A DNA stretch of 64,000 nucleotides from Eledone cirrhosa (GCA_964016885.1 OZ024749.1:13516001-13580000); one strand, 5' to 3'. Shown: positions 29,822-44,369, numbered from the stretch's first letter. Notes: generated by a model from the sequence alone, not told the origin. Made by a program: numbers and translations.

Positions 29822-30552
29822 CTATAGTATTTAACTATTCACTACGCAGTATAATTCAGTAATGAGATTTTCGTTTAAGAAAATGTAAATATGTTAAAAA
29901 TAGAATGTCAGTTATTGTGATAGTAGAGAGGAGAGGGTGTGGGGGGTAAAGAGTTTCACACTATCAATCCGTGTGCTGTGATGTGGAACAATTATTCTTT
30001 GACCATTGTTATAGGGGAAGGTTTTGATGTTTACCATATATGGGGTTAGAGAATGTATAAAGTGAGAGAAAGATAAGGTAGAGATTAAGAGTAGGATAGA
30101 GTGGGTAAGGGGGAAAGGAATTAAGAAAATGAGATTACTTTGAATATTACTGATTCCATTGTATGTGAAAAGTTGAAATGCCACAGGAAATGTACCAAAT
30201 AGGTAGAACCTAGGTATTAGGGATAGATTCTTGTTCTAGCCTGGTTTGTATTTAGCGAAGATTATAAGAATCTTGTGTTTGCAATTAAATAACCTATTGT
30301 GCCGGGAATTTAGAAGATCTTTTCGGTTGCTACTTCTATTACTCCCGCCAAAGATAGTTCACAGAGGCGTCTTTCATTCCGGACCATTGTAGTGTATATT
30401 CAATATTAGCATGTTTCAGATCCTAGATTTTTTTTCGCCTGGGCCGTAGATCTAACTAAACTGGGGTCTTTAAATACACATATATATATATATATATACA
30501 AATAGTAAAACAATGATATTAAACAAAAAACGGTTAATTCATAGTACAACAC

Positions 30553-30686
30553 ATTATTTTACGATCGTTTCTGGGGGTAGTTCCCCGTATGTCCATTCTA
30601 TTATTGATCTATGTAAAATATATTACAAAATATCATAGTAAGAAAATATACATACGTCTTCACTACCCGCCGTCTTCAGAAATAAT
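30553..30686 (-). ncRNA. Hammerhead with long stem II (family D)
   Basis: Minus strand: attattt CTGAAGA cggcggg...ccccca GAAAC gatc GTA aaataat; 7-bp stem I. Confidence 0.8.
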
Positions 30687-30861
30687 TGTTTCTACTTTAG
30701 GCACAAGGCCAGCAATTACCCAGTGCATTACTGGTACTTTATTTTATCGACCTCCGTAAGGATGAAAGGCAAAGTCAACCTCGGCGGGATTTGAACTCAG
30801 ATCGTAAAGGAGCGTAACTATGCTGGAAAGCATGGCGTCCGACCCTCTACCGATACTGCCA
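30687..30861 (-). mobile_element. tRNA-SINE with 9-bp target-site duplication AGAAATAAT
   Basis: AGAAATAAT at 30678-30686 and 30862-30870. Confidence 0.85.
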
Positions 30862-31088
30862 AGAAATAATGATTATTTCTGAAGACGGCGGGTAGTGTTT
30901 GTTTACATGTCTCGTTCGCTTTACGCGATTTACTTGTCCCAATAGCTTTATTTAGCTATTGCTCGCACCAACTGGAGGTATATGATTTTTAAAGCGATGA
31001 AATACCAATGAAGGCTGGAAAATCATTGATGAAGGACTATTTTTATCATATGTAACCCATGTGCAACCACGCAGTATTCATTCTTCTC

Positions 31089-31170
<82 letters not shown>

Positions 31171-31255
31171 GAAAAATTGAACAGGGACAGAACAAAGAGG
31201 CAGTACGATAAATGTTTATTAAATTCACGCTCAGGAGAGTGGGGGGTAGGTGGAG

Positions 31256-31977
31256 AAACACACAGATACATGCGGGGACACACATATACATGAATGCATC
31301 CGCACCCAACCGTGAGTTAAGGGTGCCAACTTCACCGATGTTGCTCAATGAATGACTGGGACAGACCAATCCGGTTGAACTAGACTGTATTTTTAACTCT
31401 GATACTGGTTCAGTCTAGTTCAACCGGATTGGTCTGTCCCAGTCATTCATTGAGCAACATCGGTGAAGTTGGCACCCTTAACTCACGGTTGGGTGCGGAT
31501 GCATTCATGTATATGTGTGTGTCCGCATGTATCTGTGTGTTTCTAAAAATATTGTTAATAACTCCCTCTGGTCGAGCAATCTTTGAAGTGTGGGGACTGC
31601 TGGAAAGCTTCCATTACTCATACTTCTCGCCTCCTTCACCACCTCTTCTGCGGCTTCGATATAAATACTCCCTCCGCCTCCGTGGTATTTTCTTCGGCGT
31701 TATAAGAGGCTTAGCTCTGTTTCTCGACCGTTATATCGCGTGACTGTCTCCCCCTCCGCCTTTTGGGATTCTTTCTCACGTCGTGTAGACGCGCTCTTGA
31801 GACTAGTAAAATGAGGTATCCTCTTGATAAGTCGGCAGACCTCGCAAGGACTCTATATCTTTATGATGTATTGTTTTTGTTTATGCCACGAAACTACGTA
31901 GTCGAGGAATCTAGGAGCAGTTTAGGTATGATACATTTTATTACTAATTATATCTAAATGTTTCTTCTCTCTTCATA

Positions 31978-31978
<1 letters not shown>
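31256..31978 (+). mobile_element. Family C HHR element with a ~135-bp 5' inverted duplication
   Basis: 31254-31388 is the reverse complement of 31411-31544; U3-A8 HHR at 31819-31908. Confidence 0.85.
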
Positions 31979-32011
<33 letters not shown>

Positions 32012-32014
<3 letters not shown>

Positions 32015-32170
32015 AACGAGTAGGACCCCGACTGCTGAGCAGCCGTCGAAACGGCTTGAGCTCAACCGTCGGGGTCCTACTCGTTCCTATTATCCACTCT
32101 ACTACCCTAAGTATTGAGTACTTTGGTGCGTTATGGTCCACTTGGTTCCTTACCACATTTCCTTCGTTAT
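32012..32170 (+). mobile_element. Fold-back relic with a hammerhead 3' half
   Basis: GAAACGG cttgagctcaa CCGTC ggggtcc; arms 32014-32032 / 32068-32086; its tail is repeated at 54698-54766. Confidence 0.7.
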
Positions 32171-32259
32171 ATACATACATACATACATACATACATACAT
32201 ACATACATACATACATACATACATACATACATACATACATACATACATACATACATACA

Positions 32260-32289
<30 letters not shown>

Positions 32290-32291
<2 letters not shown>

Positions 32292-35200
32292 AATGCAACG
32301 TTGTTATATTACATTTATAAAGAAATATACAAGTAACGTTTTCGATTCAGAAACAAAAATATAAGTGTTTGAACTGTGAATATGTTGTGAATAGGTTGTA
32401 GAACACCTATTTATATGAATGATACATAAACTTTAACATATAAATACCGCGTTGTTATATTATATTACATTCACAAAGGAATATACTAAGTAACGGTTCT
32501 TTTTGTTCTCGATTCAAACGATTCAAGAACAACGTTTAAAACACAGTTGTAGAATTAAAAACTAACTGAAAAGAAATATTACCCAAGCTGTGAATAACTT
32601 TAAATTTGATTCTGACAGAACTTTGTCGTAACTTTTAAAGAAGATCATCGACTATTTTGAAAAATAAATACGAAATATTAGTGAATAGACGAACTCATCA
32701 TGGCAAAAAGTACAAGTCTCCTTCGACCAAATCGCAACTACAACCGTTGTACACAGTGGAGCTACGAGCTTAACAAAGTATTATATGAAGCATACAAACA
32801 ATCTGAACCCCAAAAGTTCGGTTTTATGCAAAGGCTAAAAACTTTATGGAACTCCAAACACCCAGAATTAGACTTTTATCCAAAGCATTTAAATGAACAG
32901 GCAAAACGTATCATTAGATGTAAATTGATACATCTAACGGAATTGAGTGATACTACAAATACAGCCCTTGTAGACAACCACCCCACCTCCACTGACAGAC
33001 AAAGAGAATGGCCAGCTAAATCTAACAGTGAACAGCTCACCAACAATTTTGCTGAAATCTATCCCACTTCCACTGAAGAACAGCAAGAAAGGTCAGCTGA
33101 CTCTAGTAGTAATTGTCACCACATCAAAAACGAGGCTGAAATTCATGACTCTACTGTACAAACAGAGCACCAAAAACTTGTGGGCACCCTACAAGTGATA
33201 TGGAACGATATGTTTCAAGAGATACACAGCCTTAATGTGAGTGACAGACCATACAACACTAGAGTCAGTAAAGAACCCACTAAATTGGAATTGGAAGCGG
33301 TGAACGAAATAGCTGGCAATTATCTGAAGGCTATACGTGTAGAAACGACATTTGAAACGCTTAATGTTTTGTTATATGCTTCAGCTGTCACATTGCTATC
33401 ATATAACACACATCTAAAACCACGCAATCAAGATACAAACAGAAAGCCTGAACCAGCGTGGATGCGAAATTTAAAAACCAAAATTTTGTCCCTGAGACGA
33501 AGTATCTCACACATCGCAGTCGTTATGAAATGCAACATAGAGAGCAACTTCACACGACACCAGGAAGACCTAAAGAAAAAGTTAGAGAGACGGTTTGGAG
33601 ATACAAAATTTAAAACTTTGAACTCCAAATTACACCAGTTGAAACAACAACTCACAGCTACAACAGAAAGACTAAAATATAAGTCAACAGCACATAAACG
33701 ACAAGTGCTAAATAGATTGTTTGCCAGAGATCCTAAATCTGTTTATCGCAGCTTCGGTGGCAAAAGCTCAATCCCTGTAAACGACACCCCTTCAAATGAA
33801 CAGGTTGAGAGCTACTGGAGATCTGTATGGGAAACGGATGACGGATTCAACAGACAAGCTAATTGGCTAAAAGAACTGGAACAGGACTACTGCCAACATG
33901 TCCAGACAAAACAATATGACATAGATGGGTCAATACTGGAAACAGCTCTACAGAAAATGTCGAATAGGAAATCACCAGGCCCAGACCTCATTACAGGATA
34001 CTGGTTGAAGAATTTCACTTTCTAGCGGCAAGATCTCATACGGCTGTTTACAGAAACCATTAAGGGCACACAAGAACTGCCCAGATGGTTATCAACTGCC
34101 ACTACTCTCCTCATTCCCCAAAATAGCCAAACCACCCTTGCTAAAAATTACCGCCCAATTGCCTGCCAAAACATCATGTATAAATTATATACTGGGTGCC
34201 TTAACCTGTTCTTACAGGATCACTGTGCTACCAACAACATCATAACACCTGAGCAAGCTGGTGGAAAGAGGGAGGTGTGGGGTTGCATAGATCACCTACT
34301 AACTAACAAAATGATTCAGGAAAAAACAACAAAGAATCGCAGAAACATGACTGTCGTGTGGCTGGACTATCAAAAAGCATTTGATAGTGTACCTCATGGG
34401 TGGATTATTAAGGCTTTACAGTTAGCTAAAGTCCCACAACCATTGGTAGCTGCTGTTGAACGCCTGACCAAGAACTGGTACACCAATTTGATCCTTAGAG
34501 GTGAGAAGGAGCAGGTTAAGACTGATAAGATACATTACCAGAAGGGCATCTTTCAGGGTGATAGCTTGTCAGTGCTACTCTTCGTTCTCTCACTGAATCC
34601 ACTATCTTACCTACTCAGGAAACAAGGTGGACAAAGAAGTGGGCCCAGAAGTATCTCCCATCTTTTCTTTGTTGATGACCTGAAGTTGTATGGGCCAAAT
34701 ATCAATAACATCAAGAAACAATTGGACCTCATTCTAACGCCAACATTTGGCCTACTGAACTGGTCATTGCAAGAACTAAGTGAGATGGATGTTAGAACTC
34801 GAAAACTTCTCAGTGTTACTGGGAACTTTAACATCAATGGTGATGTGGATAGGCTATACTTCTCACGCAAGGAAGGTGGCTGGGGTCTAAAATCAATATT
34901 AACAACATATGAGACCCGGATAGTAACACTGAAGCAACACCTTCAACAGAGGAAAAAGGTTGGCAACCATCTTGCCCAGGTTTATGAGCATGAAAAAAGA
35001 AATATCATTAGAATAGCGACTGATCTGGAGGAGAGATATGGAATAAATCTCTCACCCAGAGAAATCGGAAGATCCTATTCAATGTTCAAACAAGATAAGA
35101 AAATTGACCAATTTACAGAAAAAGTTGTGCATGGATACTTGAGGCGTAAAACACAGACCATAGAGGGGATAAACCACTCAAAAAGCCTGGCATGGAGTTC

Positions 35201-35956
35201 CGACAAGTTTATGACATCACACCTTGAGGGATATCTCTATGCAATACAGGAACAAGAACTCCCTACCAAATATCTGCTGCACAAAAGAGGAGGGCCAGCA
35301 GCTGACAATAAATGTAAAACAAAGATCGAGGATGTAAGCCACATTGTTGCCAGCTGCGAAAGAATGTCATCTCGCTACTACCTCCCCATGAAACACGATG
35401 GGATAGCTAGAACCATCTGCAACGCACTTCGGAAAACAAAATTAACAACAAACGAGGAAGAATATATTGAGACAGATGGCACTAAGGAATACTGGTGGAA
35501 CCTGAAAATAAAAACTGCCACCAAATTAAAGCACAACCGGCCTGATATTGTAGTTTGGGACCACACATTGAAAACGTGTTCTGTTGTGGAGATCAGCTGC
35601 CCACTTGATGGAAACGTTGTCAGAAAAATACAGGAGAAGGAGGACATCTACGGACCATTGATGAGGAGTTTACAAATCCAGTATCCAAGATACACCTTTA
35701 GCTTCATACCCATCATTATTGGTGCTACGGGTTATATACCAACCCGCTTGGACCAAAGTATGACTGAACTTGGATTTGCGGACAAAAAGCGCAGCTCCCT
35801 AATTCATAGTCTGCAGATGGCTGCGATAGCTGGCACCTTCAAAATTTGCAAAACATTCTTGCGATTCAAGGGATGACAATTTCTTTTCTTTTACAACCTT
35901 GCCACCGGGAAGGTGGCCGGTCAAAAAAATATACTCGAAATTAAGAGAAAGAGAAA
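32290..35956 (+). mobile_element. R4/Dong-like RLE non-LTR retrotransposon inserted in (TACA)n
   Basis: Single long reading frame with RT and a C-terminal PD-(D/E)xK endonuclease; (TACA)n on both flanks. Confidence 0.88.
32700..35876 (+). pseudogene. RT + restriction-like endonuclease ORF, disrupted
   Basis: The two listed ORFs are in the same frame, split by TAG at 34023-34025. Motifs: KSPGPD, NYRPIAC, DYQKAFDSVPH, GIFQGDSLS, LFFVDDLKLY, RLYFSRKEGG, NRPDIVVWD...VEISCP. Probable internal deletions after KKQLDL and in the CCHC knuckle. Confidence 0.9.
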
Positions 35957-35979
35957 ACATACATACATACATACATACA

Positions 35980-36011
<32 letters not shown>

Positions 36012-36357
36012 CATGCATACATGCTTACATACACATACATTCACACATCAACACACACGAAGCAACGCACTGTGACCTTTACATAAACAACGACAGCATA
36101 CATAGATTCTATTAGGGCCACACCTAGAACCGGTGGTCAGTTGGACAAAGGAATGCATGCACAGCCACAGCGTACATATTATTGAACACTTAGATTCGGT
36201 GGGGGCACTTAGATTCGTTGACTAATGTGACACTTGTTTAAGACTGCACTGGGTTAGTTGACATTTGAAACAGTTCTAGTCCTGTAGAATTCATTTCTAT
36301 ATTAAACGATGGTGCTTACACTCTACCAATGTATTGAGTACCTTAATAGTGGTTATC

Positions 36358-36386
36358 CTACTACTACTACTACTACTACATTGCTG

Positions 36387-36445
<59 letters not shown>

Positions 36446-37161
36446 GCTGTTGCTGCTCCTGCTGCTAATACTACAACTACATGCTTAGCCATTCACCAAC
36501 AACAACACCACCACTACTAACATCACCACAATCACTACTAAAACCACCACTATTGCCAGCACCAGCACCACCACAACTATCACCACAGCCACCACCACTA
36601 CCACCACCAGTACCACCAGCACCACCATAACTACCACCAATACCACCAGCACCACTACCACCACCACCACCGCCAACACTACCACCACCACCACCACAAC
36701 CGCCACCACAACCACTCCTACTACTACCACTACCACCACATCCACTACTGCCACCACCACCACCAGCACCACCACCACTCCTATGACCACAACTACCACC
36801 ACCACTACTACCATCACCTCCACCACTACCACCACCACCACCACTACCACCACCCCTCCACTACCACCACCACTACCACCACTACCACCACCACCTCTAC
36901 TACCACCACCTCTACTACCACCACTACTACCAATCCAATATTTCATGGTGAAGATTTCGTTAAATTCCTTCTTTGATCCTGAATGGAACTTTCTGGAAAA
37001 TGTCACCAGTTTCACCGACATTTCAACTCACTACCACTAATACCACCACTACTACTACTACTAGTACTAATACCACCACTACTACTACTACTAGTACTAA
37101 TACCACCACTACTACTACTACTAGTACTAATACCACCACTACTACTACTAGTACTACTACC

Positions 37162-37210
<49 letters not shown>

Positions 37211-37898
37211 TCACCACTACTACTACCACCACTACTACTACCACCACCACTACTACTACCCACCACTACCACTACTACTAATACCACCACTACCACTACT
37301 ACTACTACCCCTACCACTACCACTACTACTACTACTACCTCTACTACTCCCACCACCACCTCCACTACAACACCATCAACACCACCAATACCACATTATC
37401 AGCACACCACCACCACCAACCACCACAACAGGACCACACAACCACTACCACCACTACACCACCACTACACCACCACTACACCACCGCCACCCCTCCACCA
37501 CCACCACTACACCACCACTACCACTACACCACCACCAACACCACTACACCACCACAACCACCACCATTACACAACCACCACCTCCACCACCACTACACCA
37601 CCACCACCACCACCACCACCACTACACAACCACCACCACCACCACCACTACACAACCACCACCACCACCAGCACCACCAGCACCACCACCACCACCACCA
37701 CTACACCACCACCACCATTACACCACCACCACCACCACCACCACCACCACCACCACCACCACCACCACCACCACCACCACTACACCACCACCACCACCTA
37801 CACCACCACCACTACACCACCACCACTACACCACCACCACTACCACCACCACCACCACCACCACCACCACACAACCACCACCACCACCACCACCACCT
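36358..37898. repeat. (TAC)n/(CAC)n low-complexity tracts
   Basis: Direct reading. Confidence 0.95.
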
Positions 37899-38202
37899 AA
37901 ACCTCTCATCTCTTTATTTTCTCTTTCATCTCAATCTATTCCACGAAATGTCACAATAATTGTAAATATTGCACTAATCTCCTTTAAGCATGTTAGTAGT
38001 TGTTTGTTTAACCCATGGTCAGGACAGACCACCTTTTACAGCACAAATAGGATCAAAGCTCTTCCATATATGATCATCCCGTTTTTTAAAGGGTTTTTAA
38101 GGGTGTATATCTTGACCAATGATAAACTGCGACCCGTTTAGCTTCCTGAATGGTACGCCTCATTTCAAATTTGCCTTAAATGTTTTTAATAGTGTGGACC
38201 AC

Positions 38203-39580
38203 CTTATGAAGAGCCATATCTTATGATGAGCCAGTCTTCTGATGAGCCAACCTTATGATGAGCAACATCGTATGATGGTCCAATCTTATGATGAGCCACA
38301 TCTTATGATGAGCCAGTCTTCTGATGAGCCAGTCTTCTGATGAGCCAACCTTATGATGAGCAACATCGTATGATGGTCCAATCTTATGATGAGCCACATC
38401 TTATGATGAGCCAGTCTTCTGATGAGCCAACCTTATGATGAGCAACATCGTATGATGGTCCAATCTTATGATGAGCCACATCTTATGATGAGCCAGTCTT
38501 CTGATGAGCCAACCTTATGATGAGCAACATCGTATGATGGTCCAATCTTATGAAGAGCCATATCTTATGATGAGCCAGTCTTCTGATGAGCCAACCTTAT
38601 GATGAGCAACATCGTATGATGGTCCAATCTTATGATGAGCCACATCTTATGATGAGCCAGTCTTCTGATGAGCCAGTCTTCTGATGAGCCAACCTTATGA
38701 TGAGCAACATCGTATGATGGTCCAATCTTATGATGAGCCACATCTTATGATGAGCCAGTCTTCTGATGAGCCAACCTTATGATGAGCAACATCGTATGAT
38801 GGTCCAATCTTATGATGAGCCACATCTTATGATGAGCCAGTCTTCTGATGAGCCAACCTTATGATGAGCAACATCGTATGATGGTCCAATCTTATGATGA
38901 GCCACTTCTTATGATGAGCCAGTCTTCTGATGAGCCAACCTTATGATGAGCAACATCGTATGATGGTCCAATCTTATGATGAGCCACATCTTATGATGAG
39001 CCAGTCTTCTGATGAGCCAACCTTATGATGAGCAACATCGTATGATGGTCCAATCTTATGATGAGCCACATCTTATGATGATCCAATCTTATGATGAACC
39101 ACATCTTATGATGAGCAATATCTTATGATGAGCCAACCATATGATGAACCACATCTTATGATGAGCCACATCTTATGATGAGCCAACCTTATGATGAACC
39201 ACATCTTATGATGAGCAACATCTTATGATGAGCCAACCATATGATGAGCCACATCTTATGATGAGCCACATCTTAATGATGAGCCAACCATATGATGAAC
39301 CACATCTTATGATGATCCAGTCTTATGATGAGCCACATCTTATCATGAGCCACATCTTATGATGATCCAGTCTTATGATGAGCCACATCTTATGATGAGC
39401 CACATCTTATAAGGAGCCAACCATATGCTGAGCCACATCCTATGATGAGCCAATCATATGATGAGCCACATCTTATGACGATCCAACGATATGATGATCC
39501 AATCTTATGATGAGCCATATTTTATGATGATCCAATCTTTTGATGATCTACATCTTATGATAATCTAACCATATGATGAG
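38203..39580. repeat. 16/17-bp satellite with an 82-bp pentameric higher-order repeat
   Basis: TCTTATGATGAGCCAG-TCTTCTGATGAGCCAA-CCTTATGATGAGCAACA-TCGTATGATGGTCCAA-TCTTATGATGAGCCACA, repeated to about 39070 and then monomeric. Confidence 0.92.
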
Positions 39581-39710
39581 TCACATCTTTTGCAGCCCGC
39601 TGCTCGTAAAAGGTTGCCCATGACTTATCTAGAGCTACATTGTTTGTCGTTTTGTTTAACCCATGGTAAGAACACGCCTCATACAGCACCAAAAGGATCT
39701 GTGAACATCT

Positions 39711-39775
<65 letters not shown>

Positions 39776-39777
39776 TG

Positions 39778-40640
39778 ATAAGGGCGCTGCGGAGTTGCAA
39801 ATGGGTTACATATGAAAAAAGTTTGTCCTTCATCAGTGATCTTCCAACCATCATAGGCATTTCATCGCTTTAAAGACCATATACCTCCGGTTGGTGCGAG
39901 CAACGGCTAAAAAAAGTCGTTGGGACACGTAAATAAAGGGGACGCGAGGGTAAACAAACAAAATGGTGAAGCCACAGAAAGTGAGGAAGAAAGAGACAAG
40001 TCCCAGATTTCTATGAATTTAAATTCGGTGAAATCGTGAACGAGAGAATAAAGACCATCAAACCTGGTTGAAATGTGAGCAAGGAAGGAATTTCACACAG
40101 GTCTAACGGGAGGAAGAAGGGGTCTGGTCTGCGAATTCGGTAAACATAAGTTCTGTGAAATCGTAGACGAGAGAGAGAAAAAATTCATACCAGCTTGGCC
40201 AGCGTGCGAGAGAAAAGAATTACACACAGGTCAAACGGGAAGAAGGAGGAGGAGGAGAGGTAGTGACAGAGAATGAGTGAGTGAAGGGTGAGGAAGAGGC
40301 TAACAGAGAGAGAGACTGCTAGAAAGGGTAAAGATACATAGAACGAAAAAGACGTGTAGCAGCAGAGGAAAAAATATGTGTAAATATGATAATAAGGGCG
40401 CTGCGGAGTAGCAAATGGGATACATATGAAATAAGTTTGTCCTTCATCAGTGATCTTCCAACCATCATAGGCATTTCATCGCTTTAAAGACCATATACCT
40501 CCGGTTGGTGCGAGCAACGGCTAAAAAAAGTCGTTGGGACACGTAAATAAAGGGGACGCGAGGGTAAACAAACAAAATGGTGAAGCAACAGAAAGTGAGG
40601 AAGAAAGAGACAAGTCCCAGATTTCTATGAATTTAAATTC

Positions 40641-40643
<3 letters not shown>
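39778..40643. mobile_element. ~614-nt monomer plus 252-bp terminal redundancy, same family as 18311
   Basis: 39778-40029 is nearly identical to 40392-40643; flanked by (TA)n. Confidence 0.88.
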
Positions 40644-40701
<58 letters not shown>

Positions 40702-40855
40702 AAATGAAGTATTTCCGTCGGAAAGATACATGAAAAAAGAGTGCTCTATGTAGGCTACAGAGCTTATTAGTTATGTAATAAACAACATAAGATAATTATT
40801 TCATTTACCAGTGGCTTCTTGAAGGCAGATGTTGTGTCTGTCACTGTTTATTACG

Positions 40856-40936
<81 letters not shown>

Positions 40937-40979
40937 GATGATATTAAATAAATGGAAACTATATTTATAAAACCATATT

Positions 40980-41042
40980 TATTCTATTATATATATTTCA
41001 AGGGTACCAAGATTCATTGGTACACTTTCATCAGATAAAATA
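40980..41042 (-). ncRNA. Hammerhead ribozyme (family B)
   Basis: Minus strand: tattttat CTGATGA aagtgtaccaatgaatcttggtaccctt GAAAT atat ATA atagaata. Confidence 0.85.
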
Positions 41043-41768
41043 CAAAGTTTGTTTTATAAACAGAGACATACCCATGAAAATCATACCTTATCGGTTGGAA
41101 ATTCACTGGATAGTGGAAATATATTAGGGATTTTTCAAACTTATGTGTGAATATGCAAATGAATATGTAAATAATTGAAAAAACAACCGTTTATTTAAAC
41201 AATGAGAAAGAGAAGAAAAGAAATAGGAGAGGATAAAATAGTGCTAGAGAGAGAGAGAGAAGAAAGAAAGAAGAGAAGGTGAATAAAACTCACATAACGT
41301 TAATTTGAGGGAAATATATTCTAAGTATATATCTTAATAGAACGTGTATTTACGATTATTATTTGTGTAAGATTTGTTTATAATATAATATTTTTCCTGT
41401 TTTAAAAAATAATTTATAAGAGATAAGTAATTTTTAAATAGATAAAAATTAAAGAAATAAAAATAAAGAAATAAAAATTATTGCAATTGAAATTAAAATT
41501 AAAATTAAATTTAAGATTTAAAAAAAAATTGAAGTTAAAATTTTAAAAAATTAGAATTATATACGTATATATTTTATGAAACTTTAAGAAGTGGAATTAT
41601 AGCAAATGTTATAGATATTATGATTTATAGATATATCACTATATTAAAACCTAGTGGATGAGATTGTTATGGAAATAAGTAGAAATATTATAATATCAAA
41701 TGTTATAGATATTATGATTTACAGATATCCAACCATATGATATTATGGAAATAAGTAGATTGAGGGAA

Positions 41769-41957
41769 GGCGGTGGATTGGCAGTATCGGTAGAGGGTCG
41801 GACGCCATGCTTTCCAGCATAGTTACGTCCCTTTACGATCTGAGTTCAAATCCCGCCGAGGTTGACTTTGCCTTTCATCCTTACGGGGTCGATGAAATAA
41901 AGTACCAGTAACGCACTGGGTAATTGCTGGCCTTGTGCCTAAAGTAGAAACAATTAT
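41769..41957 (+). mobile_element. Full-length tRNA-derived SINE
   Basis: GGCGGTGGATTGGCAGTATCGG start, B box, conserved core. Confidence 0.9.
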
Positions 41958-42290
41958 GGAAATAAGTAGAAATATTTTAAGTATATTTATAAGTTATATA
42001 TAGTTCTGAATGTTGAATTCTGGTGATGTCTACAAGAATTAAATAAATTCGTTCTTAGATTAATAGAGTTTTTACATTTAAGTATGAAAAAAATTTCCCC
42101 AATACACAATTTGCAGAATCTAGATAAAGCTGTGTTCCGATACGCGGGTGTTTATGAAACTGTTTTCCAAGCTAATGAAAAGTCCATATTCTTGCAGAAA
42201 CACACACACAAACAAACGCACACATGCACATACGCGCACACGCACACACACACGCACACGCACACTCGCAAATTAAATATCCCTTCTACT

Positions 42291-42323
<33 letters not shown>

Positions 42324-42749
42324 AGAGAGAGAGAGAGAGCGAGAGAGAGAGAGAGAGAGAGAGAGCGTTACATAGTCTCCCTTTTTAAGATATGGGAATC
42401 AATTTCATTGTCTTAAGCTATCATTTCTAGCAGGTTGAGTGTTTGGCTCATGTGTATGTGTGTGTGTCGGTTTGTCCATGCGTGTGTGCGTGTATGCAAA
42501 TGTGCGAGTGTGTGAGTGTGCGCGTGTGCGTGTGTCTGTGCGTTTGTGTGTATGTGCGTGTGTTCGTGCGTGTGCGCGTATGTGCATGTGCGCGTTTGCG
42601 TGTGTGTGTGTTCGTGTGTGTGTATCTGCGTGCGTATTGTGAGTAATGTATGTATATATTTGCATCTAAGTGGACTGGACTCTTGACAGTTAAGTATCTT
42701 GACCATGGACACAGTACAGTGAACTATAGTACACTGTGGTACCTACTTA

Positions 42750-43039
42750 CAGCCACATCCGGCCCGCGAAGGGTTTCAATCTGGACCGCGAAAGCCTTTA
42801 TCCTGCCCGCGAGGGTTCTAAAAAGGGGTACAGTTTGCAATAAATTCGCACCCGATCTATCGATATTGCCGAATAAAACAATGTTTAAATGTATTTTTCT
42901 GCTTGGGACAGCTCTAAGTATCAATATTGAATTTTGTTTCAAATCTAACATAAGGGATAAATAAATGATTACTTATTTGTATATAAGTAGTATTAATTGC
43001 GCATCCGGCCCGCGGACCTAAAAGGTTGGGGACCCCTGA
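42750..43039. mobile_element. hAT (Charlie-like) transposon end relic
   Basis: Ends AAAAGGTTGGGGACCCCTG with repeated GGCCCGCG subterminal motifs. Confidence 0.55.
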
Positions 43040-43161
43040 GCTAGGAGGATTGGACTATGTATGTATATACAAATATATGCATATACACATGTATGTATAT
43101 AGGTATGTATGTAAGTATATAGATATATGTATATATATGTATGTATATAGATATATGTATA

Positions 43162-43194
<33 letters not shown>

Positions 43195-43199
43195 TTTCC

Positions 43200-43830
43200 T
43201 AGTCTTCATTAAGACATCTCTCTAGGAGAAGGTCACCTGCAACTTTGTTTGCATCCAATGATGTAAACCAGATCTTCTTTTTGGGTAAATGTATTCAATG
43301 TTCAGAGAGTTAGATTGGCCCCGTGCGAAGCATTTCCTCGCTTAAAAAAGCTTCAGGTACAACAAATCGCTTGAATTGTGACATTTTTTGCGATGAATGG
43401 TATTGCTGGCCATAGGCAAGTCTCTAGCAGGACTGAAAGGCCACGTCAATGATGTTCATGCTTAAGTACCAAGCGATGGCATTACTAGAAATCGAATTGC
43501 AGCCATCATATGTATGTATGTAGGGCGGAAAAACTCATAAGAGTCAACGGCCATCCGAAAGTGTGTAAATATGTATATAGACATGTACCGCACGCTTAAA
43601 CCACTGGGAGTGAAGGACCCCTAGCCTTTGTCAGGGCATTCTTCTAGGAGAAGACAACTCAGGAAACTGGGATAACTCCGATATAAAACCTGCGGCTCAG
43701 TAGTTACCGATGTGGTTGAGCTTTTCTTCTTTTCAAGTTATAGCTACTGTCGCTCAGAGAGTGGGATTGGCTCAGTGCAGTCTTTCCTCACTTTAAAAAA
43801 TATCTGGCATTGCACGATAGAATTAATTAA
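43200..43830 (+). mobile_element. RTE-derived non-autonomous fragments
   Basis: CTAGGAGAAG motif twice and AGCCTTTGTCAGGGCA, homologous to the reverse complement of about 62250-62320. Confidence 0.45.
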
Positions 43831-43984
43831 TAATTATTAATAATGGTATATCGTGCAATGGCCATCCTCGATATCGAGGGGGCAGCCACCATGTATGTAT
43901 GTATGTTTGTAGGTATGTATGTATATACGTACGTATCTATATATGTATGTGCGTATATATATGTTGTATGTATGTATATGTATA

Positions 43985-44083
<99 letters not shown>

Positions 44084-44369
44084 ATATATACGTATATATT
44101 TGTATATATACTTATGTATGAGCATGCGTGTATGCGTGTGCACGATGAAAATTTCAAGCGAAAATATATAGAAATACAAGCGCGAAAAAAGCGAAACACG
44201 AAATCATAAAAGCGAGAAGAATTGCATGGAATGAAGGTTGTATCTCTTTGATTCTATTGATATTGGTAAAGTCACAGAATCTCTGCAAATTGGTATTTTG
44301 TAGGGTCTTATTAGATTTCTCTAGCCAGCTATTTTTTTCATATTTTATCTCTTATTCATGTATACACGC

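Noticed and set aside
38203-39070. Repeated CTGATGAG in the 82-bp satellite as a tandem hammerhead array
   Set aside because: No GAAA/stem III/NUH in the unit; it is a one-base variant of the ATGATGAG monomer
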